DNA from: Candidatus Eiseniibacteriota bacterium
GTDB lineage: Bacteria; Orphanbacterota; Orphanbacteria; Orphanbacterales; Orphanbacteraceae
Assembly: GCA_043818685.1 (NCBI GenBank)
Contig: JBDRFQ010000362.1
Coordinates: 1 to 45,791, forward strand
Length of the DNA: 45,791 bases
Direction: 5' to 3'
Positions 39,197 through 45,791 of the stretch are shown one piece after another. A program made the translations under genes and the position numbers. A model generated the notes under the pieces. That model saw nothing but the letters and a program-made list of their open reading frames with translations. It was not told where the DNA came from and ran no database searches. Position 1 is the stretch's first letter, and each line of letters starts with the position of its first letter.

Positions 39197-39223
39197 CGCC
39201 GGTCTTTTCCAAAGTGAGCAAGT

Positions 39224-39253
39224 GGGCCCGGTCCTCCCCGACCGGGCCCTTTG
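39224..39253 (+). terminator. Intrinsic terminator after pnp
   Basis: Perfect 10-bp stem GGGCCCGGTC/GACCGGGCCC with a 6-nt loop, followed by TTTG. Confidence 0.6.
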
Positions 39254-39392
39254 CCTTGCAGGATGGGCGGAAACCGGAGCCGCCCCAGGCGGCCTCCTCT
39301 CCTCGGTGTTCCGGGGAGGAAGCGGGGTCCCGGCTTGGCCCCACCCCTAGCGAGGGGCTCCTTCGGGGAAGGGCCAGGGGTGTAAGAACTTG

Positions 39393-39422
39393 TTGCCTCT
39401 TCCCGGGGGTCCGTGGTATACT
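39393..39422 (+). promoter_or_regulatory. Candidate promoter with extended -10 (TGGTATACT)
   Basis: TTGCCT-N18-TATACT with TG one base upstream of the -10, about 65 nt before the ATG at 39488. Confidence 0.4.
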
Positions 39423-39487
39423 CTTCAACTATTCAGTGTATGGGTTTAGGCGTGGCGGTTCCGGCCCTTGAACGGGAGGAGGGGATC

Positions 39488-39973
39488 ATGAGGAAGTTGT
39501 TAACGGGTGCGCTGTTGGTTGCTTTCATCGCCTTGCCGGCGCTCGCGAGAGACCCGGGGATCCAGGTCGTCGACTGCATCGAGGATCCGCCCGGAATCTG
39601 GACGTACTTCTTCTTCGCCTGTACGGGCGAGTTCTACGCGAACGGCCTCGAGATCGGGCTAACGGGCCCGGAGTGGGACGAGCCGACGGTGGTGCTCGGC
39701 TGCTCGGTTCCGGATCTTCCCGGCTACTCTTGCGCCTCCGATGCGACCATGGCGCACTACTTCTTCCCGTCGGCGGGGAACTATACGTGCGTGCCCGGCG
39801 TCGTAGGACAGTACTTTGACATCGTGCTGTCCACGGCGGACGGAGTGACGATCGTCTACGAGACATGGACTTTGTACGGGGTCCCGGAGGACTCGTTCTT
39901 CTCGGTCATCGCGTGCCCCCCGATGGGGACCGAGTCCTCGACGTGGGGCCACCTGAAGACCCTGTTCCGGTAG
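39488..39973 (+). CDS. Small secreted Cys-rich hypothetical protein (161 aa)
   Basis: Signal peptide MRKLLTGALLVAFIALPALA, six Cys in the mature part, and the C-terminus ...STWGHLKTLFR. It has GGGAGGAGGGG upstream and its own promoter and terminator. I recognised no family. Confidence 0.6.
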   Translation: MRKLLTGALLVAFIALPALARDPGIQVVDCIEDPPGIWTYFFFACTGEFYANGLEIGLTGPEWDEPTVVLGCSVPDLPGYSCASDATMAHYFFPSAGNYTCVPGVVGQYFDIVLSTADGVTIVYETWTLYGVPEDSFFSVIACPPMGTESSTWGHLKTLFR

Positions 39974-39999
39974 ACGATCGAACAAGATCTCGAAGACCC

Positions 40000-40035
40000 G
40001 CGGGGCGGACCGCGAGCGGTTCCGCCCCGCTTTCC
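40000..40035 (+). terminator. Intrinsic terminator after the small secreted gene
   Basis: 10-bp stem GCGGGGCGGA/TCCGCCCCGC with an 11-nt loop, followed by TTTCC. Confidence 0.5.
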
Positions 40036-40309
40036 TCATGTCTCTTCCGGCTCGACCGGCGGGAGGGTTCCTTTCGACTCAGGGCGGGGCGGTCCCGCGA
40101 AACCTGGGCGAGCGACAGCCCGGACGTTTCGTCGAACCGGGCGGCCCATCCTCCGGAAAAAGCCCGGGGGGTTCGGATCTTCGCGGCGCTCGGGGCCGCG
40201 CGGACGGCCTCAACGGTCGCGAAACGCTCATCATGCGACGAACATCCTCGCCTTCCCGAGAAGGGAGGCGACACGAGGAGCCTCGGGCGGGCCGGGCCGC
40301 GCTTCTTTC

Positions 40310-40338
40310 TTGACATCTCCGCCTAACACGGTTATCTT
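40310..40338 (+). promoter_or_regulatory. Sigma-70-type promoter TTGACA-N17-TATCTT upstream of the TetR gene
   Basis: The hexamers sit at 40310-40315 and 40333-40338. A short palindrome TAAC-ACG-GTTA overlaps the spacer and the -10, and could be an operator. Confidence 0.45.
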
Positions 40339-40385
40339 AACAGCGATAGAGTATCAAGGGGTTTTTGCGTGGGGAGGAACCCTCC

Positions 40386-41003
40386 GTGGCGAGGCCGAGC
40401 AATCCCGAGCTTCCTGCGGCGATCCTGGAAGCGGCCGAGAAGAGAGTGGCCGCCTCGGGGCACGATGGCCTCAACATGCGGGACCTGGCGGCGGATGTCG
40501 GGGTGACTCCCGCCGCCCTCTATTACTACTTCGCCTCCAAGGAGCGCATCCTCCTGGAGCTCAGGCTCCGCGCGGCTTGCCGGCTCAGCGAGACCATGCG
40601 CAAGATCGATGGATCGCACGGCGCGCGGGCGGCGATTCGGGCCTTGGGCGTGGCCTACATTGCATTTGCCGAGGAGCATCCGCACCTGTACGGCCTGCTC
40701 GTGGAGACGAGGATCGGAGCCGAGCTCGCGTCCGGCGAGGAGACAGAGACCCTCCGTCTCCCTTACGATGCCGCGCGCCGTCTCCTCGAGAACCTCGTGG
40801 ACCGCGGCCTCTGCGTGTGCGACCCGGACGGGAGGGCCGCGATCGGGTGGATTCTCCTTCACGGCTTCTGCTCGCTCCTTGCGGCAGGCAACCTGGAGGC
40901 GGTCAGCCGGCTCGACCGCGAGACCCTCAAGGAGACGTTTCTCGAGTACTTCGGTACCGGCCCGTTCATCGACGGTGAGCCGGGTCGGACCGCCCCTGAC
41001 TAG
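40386..41003 (+). CDS. TetR/AcrR-family transcriptional regulator
   Basis: HTH segment LNMRDLAADVGVTPAALYYYFASKERIL. GTG 40386 follows GGGGAGGAA (alternative TTG 40365). The TAG stop lies inside the end of MITE copy D. Confidence 0.85.
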   Translation: MARPSNPELPAAILEAAEKRVAASGHDGLNMRDLAADVGVTPAALYYYFASKERILLELRLRAACRLSETMRKIDGSHGARAAIRALGVAYIAFAEEHPHLYGLLVETRIGAELASGEETETLRLPYDAARRLLENLVDRGLCVCDPDGRAAIGWILLHGFCSLLAAGNLEAVSRLDRETLKETFLEYFGTGPFIDGEPGRTAPD

Positions 41004-41183
41004 CCTGGATTATGCACGCGTTTTCGTCGCGAGGGTGAGGAGCGCGAGCCGAGAGGCCGACCTGGACGAGCCGCTCCCGGAGACGTAGTCACGGCCCTAC
41101 GTTGAGGAAGCGGCGACGGAAGGGAGGCCTCGTAGGCCGCGATCCGCAGCCGCAGTAGGAAACGCGTGCACAATCCAGGCGAG
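41000..41183. mobile_element. MITE-like element, copy D (184 bp, inverted near-identical copy of A)
   Basis: Its reverse complement aligns with copy A over the full length, with about 12 mismatches by eye. The left end is CTAGCCTGGATTATGCACGC. The right-end CTAG is mutated to CGAG. Confidence 0.75.
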
Positions 41184-41192
41184 GAGGAAGGA

Positions 41193-42473
41193 ATGAAAGC
41201 GCGACGTGCGTGGATCCGGTCGGTCTTCTTCTCGGCGCTCCTTGCGGCGGCCGCTTGGAGCCTGTGCTGCTCGCCCGACAAAGACGGGGGCGGGGCCGAG
41301 CGTTCAGCCGGTGGCATCGAGTTCCGTGAGGAGATCGTGGCCGGAGGGCCCGACGACTTCATGGAGGTGCGACACATCGTACTTCGCGGCTCGAACTTCG
41401 AGATCGGCAGGAAGCTTGCCGAGATCGCGAGAGAGCGTCACGGCGCCGGACCGATCCCCTCTCGGGCGCCGGAGGAGACGCGTGCCCAGCGCGAGTACTT
41501 CGAGGCGCACTACCCGGTCCTCGTCGAGCGCATGAGGGGAGCGGCAGCGGCCTTCGGCCTGGATCTCCGAGAAGACGGCTGGAACCTCTCCGGGCTCCTC
41601 TACGGCTTCCGGTTCGGCGGGTGCAGCGTGGTCTTCTACCCGCCCGGGACGTCCGAGACGGGAAGGGGCGTCCTCAGCAGGAACTTCGACTTCACGACCG
41701 GAACGTTCCTGGGCGAGAAGCCCCGGGAGGGCGAGCTGCCCGCCTGCGCGCGGCCGTACGTGGTCGAGATGCATCCCGATAAAGGCCACGCGTCGCTCGC
41801 GATCTGCTCCTTTGACCTCCTCACGGGCGTCATGGACGGCATCAACTCGGAGGGTCTCGCGGTAGCAATCCTCGGCGACAACGACGTGATCTCCGAGGTC
41901 GGCATGAGCCCCACGAGGGGAGCCCACGCCGGCTTCAACGAGACCCAGATCCTCCGCTGCATCCTCGACACCTGCGCCGATGTGGAAGAGGCGAAGCGGC
42001 TGCTCCGGGATGCGGATCTCTACTACAACACCGCCCCCTATCACTACATCGTCGCCGACAGGCACGGAGACGCGTTCATCTGGGAGAACGCGCCCGGCAT
42101 GGAGGAGGGCTTTACCGTCGAATCGCCCGGCGAGCCGCTCGTCACCACGAACTTCCTGCTCCACAGGTATCCGGACCCGTCCGGGCTGCCCGAGGAGGCG
42201 GAGCCCCTGGGCTGGTTCAACCGCTATCGGGAGATCAAGCGGCGCCTCGATGAGACCGCGCCTCCGTACGACCTCGCGTTCATCAGGGAAACGAACCGGT
42301 GCGTTTCCTTCGACGGGGAACAACCGGAGATCGAGCCCTACCCCCCCGGCGCCACGATGTGGCATGCGCTGTACCATCCGGTCGAGCTGAGGGCGGAGGT
42401 CGATTTCTACCTCGGCCGGGATGCGGACGGGGCTGTCCGCCGGTCGGGGTCTGTTGCGCTCGCGCTCGAGTAG
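41193..42473 (+). CDS. Putative lipoprotein, Ntn-hydrolase-like (peptidase C45 / acyltransferase-type fold suspected)
   Basis: Lipoprotein-like N-terminus (LLAAAAWSLCC). An internal GGCSVVFY could be a Gly-Cys autoprocessing/nucleophile site as in C45 enzymes. The family call is tentative. Confidence 0.4.
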   Translation: MKARRAWIRSVFFSALLAAAAWSLCCSPDKDGGGAERSAGGIEFREEIVAGGPDDFMEVRHIVLRGSNFEIGRKLAEIARERHGAGPIPSRAPEETRAQREYFEAHYPVLVERMRGAAAAFGLDLREDGWNLSGLLYGFRFGGCSVVFYPPGTSETGRGVLSRNFDFTTGTFLGEKPREGELPACARPYVVEMHPDKGHASLAICSFDLLTGVMDGINSEGLAVAILGDNDVISEVGMSPTRGAHAGFNETQILRCILDTCADVEEAKRLLRDADLYYNTAPYHYIVADRHGDAFIWENAPGMEEGFTVESPGEPLVTTNFLLHRYPDPSGLPEEAEPLGWFNRYREIKRRLDETAPPYDLAFIRETNRCVSFDGEQPEIEPYPPGATMWHALYHPVELRAEVDFYLGRDADGAVRRSGSVALALE

Positions 42474-42539
42474 AAGCGGGCGGTGGGGTGCCCGGATCGT
42501 GAGTGCGTAGTGGTACCGGATACCGCCCGGCAGCCCTGG

Positions 42540-43715
42540 CTAGATCCCGCCCCACTTTGCGATGCGGTCGGCCGCCTCGGCGAGGCGCTCCTTCGGCTCG
42601 ACGAGCGCCATGCGCACGAAGCCCTCGCCCGCGCGCCCGAACCCGGTCCCGGGGCTCATGATCACGCCGGTCGAGAGGCCGAGCTTCACCGCGAACACCT
42701 CGGACGAGCCGAACTTCTCCGGGATGCGCGTCCATACGTACATCCCCGCCTTCGGCGAGGCGACGTTCCAGCCGATCTTCCGGAGGCCCCCGACGAGCAC
42801 GTCGCGCCTCTCGCGATAGGTCTTCCTGAGATCGACGAGACAGTCCTGAGGCCCGTCGAGAGTCTCGGCCGCCGCCGCCTGGATCGCCGGGAAGACGCTG
42901 AAATCGGAAACGGTCTTGATCTTCCTGACCATCGCGACGACGTCACGGTTTCCGACGAGGAACCCGACGCGCCATCCAGCCATGCAGTACGTCTTCGAGA
43001 AGGACTGGAACTCGATCGAGCGCTTCTTCTCCGGGTCGAGCTGGAAGATCGACCGCGGGCTCACCCCCTCGTCGAGGGGAAGCTCCGAGTATGCGATGTC
43101 CGAGACCGCGAGAAGCCCGTGCTTCTCCGCGAACGCGAGCGCCTTCTCGTAGAAGTCGGTCTCGACCGCCCCCGTCGGGTTGTTCGGGTAGTTGAAGAGG
43201 AGATACTTCGCCCTCGCGAGGACATCCGCGGGGACCGCCTCGAGGTCCGGAATGAACGCGTTCTCCTCGAGAAGCGGAAGCTCGTGCGCGACCCCCTCGG
43301 CCACCTGCACGGCGGGGAAGTAAGCGGGGTAGGCGGGGGAGGGGACGAGCGCCACGTCCCCCGAGTTCAGCATCGCGAGGGCGAGCTTGAGAAGCCCTTC
43401 CTTCGACCCGACGACGGGGAGCACCTCCGTCTCCGGGTCGACGTCGACGCCGAAGCGCTTCTTGTACCAGCGGGCGACCGCCTCCCGGAAGACCGGGATC
43501 CCGTTGAAGGGGGAGTAGCGGTGGAGCTGGCGCTTCGGATCGTCGAGGGCCCGGTGAAGGGCGTCGATCGCGTGGCGCGGAGGCCTGAGATCCGGGTTCC
43601 CGATGGCGAGGTCGATGAGGTCCTTTCCCTTCGCCTTCGCCTCCGCCTTCATCTCGTCCGTGCGGGCGAACGCGTACTTCGGCAGCGTGGCTGCTCGCTT
43701 GGCGAACGCGTACAT
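42540..43715 (-). CDS. Class I/II PLP-dependent aminotransferase (LL-diaminopimelate aminotransferase-like)
   Basis: LPKYAFARTDEMKAEAKAKGKDLIDLAIGNPD, NYPNNPTG and the SFSKTYCMAGWRVG lysine motif. Confidence 0.75.
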   Translation of the reverse strand: MYAFAKRAATLPKYAFARTDEMKAEAKAKGKDLIDLAIGNPDLRPPRHAIDALHRALDDPKRQLHRYSPFNGIPVFREAVARWYKKRFGVDVDPETEVLPVVGSKEGLLKLALAMLNSGDVALVPSPAYPAYFPAVQVAEGVAHELPLLEENAFIPDLEAVPADVLARAKYLLFNYPNNPTGAVETDFYEKALAFAEKHGLLAVSDIAYSELPLDEGVSPRSIFQLDPEKKRSIEFQSFSKTYCMAGWRVGFLVGNRDVVAMVRKIKTVSDFSVFPAIQAAAAETLDGPQDCLVDLRKTYRERRDVLVGGLRKIGWNVASPKAGMYVWTRIPEKFGSSEVFAVKLGLSTGVIMSPGTGFGRAGEGFVRMALVEPKERLAEAADRIAKWGGI

Positions 43716-43798
43716 GGAACAACTCCTTGTAGAGCCGGGGAGGCTCGGTTAGCATGTCGATCGTAGCGCCCCCAGAGCGGGGCGTCAAGGAGAGGAGC

Positions 43799-44569
43799 GT
43801 GCGGGTACTCGCCTACCATCGGGTGGAGCCGTTCGGGGACCTCGCGTGGAACCGCGTCTCCCCCGATCGCTTCGAGAAGCAGATGGAGCTCCTTCGGGAG
43901 GAGGGCCTCCGCGGCGTCCCGCTCAGGGAGCTGCTCGAAGGGGAAGGGAGAGGGGATGTGGCGATCACGTTCGACGACGCGCTCGCCTCCGCCGTCCGCC
44001 ACGCGCTCCCGATCCTCCGGCGGTTCGGCTTCCGGGCGACGATCTTCGCGCCGACCGCATGGGTCGGGCGGCGGAACGAATGGGACACCCGGCTCGTCGG
44101 GCGGGCGGTGCGCCACGCGAGCTGGGAGGAGCTGTCAGGGGCGGCGGCCGAGGGGTGGGAGGTCGGGTCGCACGGCCACACGCACCGCGACCTCACCCGC
44201 CTCGCGGGCGAGGGAGAGCTCCGCAGGGAGCTCGAGACGTCCGCCCGCCTCATCGCCGAGCGGATCGGCCGGGCCCCGGTCACGATCGCCTACCCGTTCG
44301 GGAGGACGGACGACAGGGTCGCTCGGGCCGCGGCCGATTCGGGTTTCTCGTGGGGCTGCCTTTCCTATCCCGAGGGGGAGGGGGGCGGCCCGTGGCGGAT
44401 CGGGCGGGTCGGTGTTCGCCTCTTCGATGGAGACGCCGAGTTCCTCGCGAAGGTGAAGGGGGGACCGCTCTACCCGCTGCAGGTGGCGAAGGACCGGATC
44501 GCCCATTTCTGTTCGCTGGGGACCCCGCGGATCCTCCACCGGATCCGGAAGGTCGAGGCGCCATGCTGA
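43799..44569 (+). CDS. Polysaccharide deacetylase (NodB-homology) family protein
   Basis: VLAYHRV...VAITFDDALAS...ATIFAPT...SWEEL...GSHGHTH motifs. GTG 43799 follows AAGGAGAGGAG (alternative ATG 43754). Confidence 0.75.
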   Translation: MRVLAYHRVEPFGDLAWNRVSPDRFEKQMELLREEGLRGVPLRELLEGEGRGDVAITFDDALASAVRHALPILRRFGFRATIFAPTAWVGRRNEWDTRLVGRAVRHASWEELSGAAAEGWEVGSHGHTHRDLTRLAGEGELRRELETSARLIAERIGRAPVTIAYPFGRTDDRVARAAADSGFSWGCLSYPEGEGGGPWRIGRVGVRLFDGDAEFLAKVKGGPLYPLQVAKDRIAHFCSLGTPRILHRIRKVEAPC

Positions 44570-45480
44570 GAGCGTTCGATTGGATCTTCATCGCGCGTCC
44601 GATCGTCCTGATCCCCGCGTGGGCGTTTCTGATCGTCGGGTATTTTCGGGCGAACGAGCGCTCCGGCGAGTTCTCCCCGCCGCTTGGGCCGCTCCTTCTC
44701 CCGTTCGTTCTCCTTACGGTCGTTCTGGCCGGCGCCTACATCGTCAACCAGATCTACGACCGGGAGACGGACAAGGAGAACGGGAAGCTCTTCCTGATCG
44801 CCGAGGGGCACGTTTCGGTGCGCGGCGCCTGGATCGAGGCGGTTCTGCTCATGGCGGGGGGGCTCGCCGCATCGCTCGTTCTTCGCCCGGGCCTCCTCCC
44901 CTGGCTCCTCGCCTCGGCGCTTCTCGGCCTTCTCTACTCGGTTCCGCCGGCGCGCTTCAAGGGGAGGCCGGTCCTCGACCTCGTGGCGAACGCGTGCGGC
45001 TACGGGGCGGTCACCTTCCTCTTCGGGTTCTCTCTGGCCGGCCGTGCCGGCGCGGAGGAGATCGCCCACGCTCTCCCCTACGTGCTGCTTGTCGGAGCGG
45101 TCTTCCTTCACACGGCGCTCGTCGATCAGGACGGGGACAGGAAGGCGGGGATGAGGACGACCGCGGTCGCGCTCGGTGACCGCGCGACGTCGGCCGCGGC
45201 GCTCGTTCTCCTCGCGCTGGCGGGGCTCGCCGGGGTCCGGGTCGGAGAGCCGTACGTTCCTCCGGCGGCGATCGGCGCGTCTCCCTTCTTCCTCTGGGGG
45301 GCCCTCTTCCCCGGCCGCAAGGGGAGCACGCTTGCCTATCAGTGGGGGAGCCTCCTCTTCGTTCTTCTTGTCGTGATGCGCGTGCCGCTCTTCGGGCTCC
45401 TACTCGTTCTCCTCGTCGCCGCGACGCGCGCCTACTACCGGTTTCGCCTCAACCTGGTCTATCCCCGGCTCGACTTCTAG
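44563..45480 (+). CDS. UbiA-family prenyltransferase
   Basis: Multi-TM protein with NQIYDRETDKEN (NxxxDxxxD) and a second Asp-rich motif VDQDGDRKAGMRT. Its 5' end overlaps the deacetylase 3' end by 7 nt (ATGCTGA). The TAG stop lies inside solo fragment F. Confidence 0.8.
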   Translation: MLRAFDWIFIARPIVLIPAWAFLIVGYFRANERSGEFSPPLGPLLLPFVLLTVVLAGAYIVNQIYDRETDKENGKLFLIAEGHVSVRGAWIEAVLLMAGGLAASLVLRPGLLPWLLASALLGLLYSVPPARFKGRPVLDLVANACGYGAVTFLFGFSLAGRAGAEEIAHALPYVLLVGAVFLHTALVDQDGDRKAGMRTTAVALGDRATSAAALVLLALAGLAGVRVGEPYVPPAAIGASPFFLWGALFPGRKGSTLAYQWGSLLFVLLVVMRVPLFGLLLVLLVAATRAYYRFRLNLVYPRLDF

Positions 45481-45510
45481 CCTGGATGATGCCCGCGTTC
45501 TCGTCGCTAG
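45477..45510. repeat. Solo terminal fragment of the MITE family (fragment F, 34 bp, CTAG at both ends)
   Basis: CTAGCCTGGATGATGCCCGCGTTCTCGTCGCTAG matches the first ~31 nt of the element arm CTAGCCTGGATTATGCACGCGTTTTCGTCGC. Confidence 0.5.
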
Positions 45511-45791
45511 TCGCGCGGCGGGCCGGTGCGCGGCCGGTCCCGCCGCTCGGCGCCTCGGCGTTCGATCGCTCGAAGATCGGCCGCCCGTTCCGGGTCCTCG
45601 CGAAGCGCGCCCGGAAAGCGCCTCTGCTCCGGTAACAGGCGGACGAGAGGGCCGTAGCCCCCGGAGTGGAGGACGTAGTGATGTCCGCCCCTGAGGGCGC
45701 GGTAGCGGACATCGTGCTCGCGGAGGTCGGCGACCTGGCCGGCGCGGAGGAGCCCAGCGCTCACCAGATCGGCGAGCGTCGGCGGGTAGCG
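45507..45791 (-). CDS. Partial hypothetical CDS (C-terminal part; runs off the window)
   Basis: The open frame reads ...RYPPTLADLVSAGLLRAGQVADLREHDVRYRALRGGHHYVLHSGGYGP.... It has a vague resemblance to pseudopilin C-terminal patterns, and the tail is low complexity. Coding status is uncertain. Confidence 0.3.
   Translation of the reverse strand, partial: RYPPTLADLVSAGLLRAGQVADLREHDVRYRALRGGHHYVLHSGGYGPLVRLLPEQRRFPGALREDPERAADLRAIERRGAERRDRPRTGPPRD

Noticed and set aside
42532-42543. CCTGGCTAG at the aminotransferase stop resembles the element tip (CCAGGCTAG).
   Set aside because: It is only a 9-nt, 8/9 match with no extension, which is too short to call a relic.

Overview
This is a high-GC (~68%) bacterial chromosome segment, almost entirely housekeeping genes with tight, often 4-nt-overlapping junctions. 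The outer-membrane genes and a giant SprA/Sov-like protein suggest a diderm of the FCB-related radiation; that placement is inference. Gene order: nadD, rng, rplU-rpmA, a KDO block (kdsB-pyrG-kdsA-kdsD), lpxL-like/lptC/lptB/rpoN/hpf/hprK/ptsH/ptsI, a PGI/PMI-type isomerase, a sugar nucleotidyltransferase and ahcY. Then come lptG/lptF (minus strand), the ~2000-aa SprA-like protein, a glutaminyl-cyclase-like M28 protein, and rimP-nusA-ylxR-ylxQ-infB-DUF503-rbfA-truB-ribF-rpsO-pnp. A small accessory tail follows: Cys-rich secreted protein, TetR, Ntn-hydrolase-like lipoprotein, aminotransferase, polysaccharide deacetylase and UbiA prenyltransferase. I saw no rRNA, tRNA, CRISPR array or transposase. 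The most unusual signal is a family of ~180-bp palindromic MITE-like elements: four long copies plus two ~35-bp solo ends. Their CTAG-capped termini coincide with the TAG stop codons of the flanking genes, so the stop is a hybrid of target and element bases. Two copies 22 kb apart differ by only ~12 of 184 bases. One copy sits inside the nusA-infB operon, and one appears to supply the start and signal-peptide N-region of the cyclase-like gene. Other notable points are an in-frame TAG splitting truB and two perfect sigma-54 promoter cores in intergenic DNA. One sits upstream of the operon that contains rpoN itself and overlaps a sigma-70-type promoter; the other sits upstream of the sprA-like gene. 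There is also a 159-nt irregular long hairpin right after rng, and a secreted Cys-rich protein ending in WGHLKTLFR. All calls rest on reading the sequence and ORF translations by eye; no searches were run.
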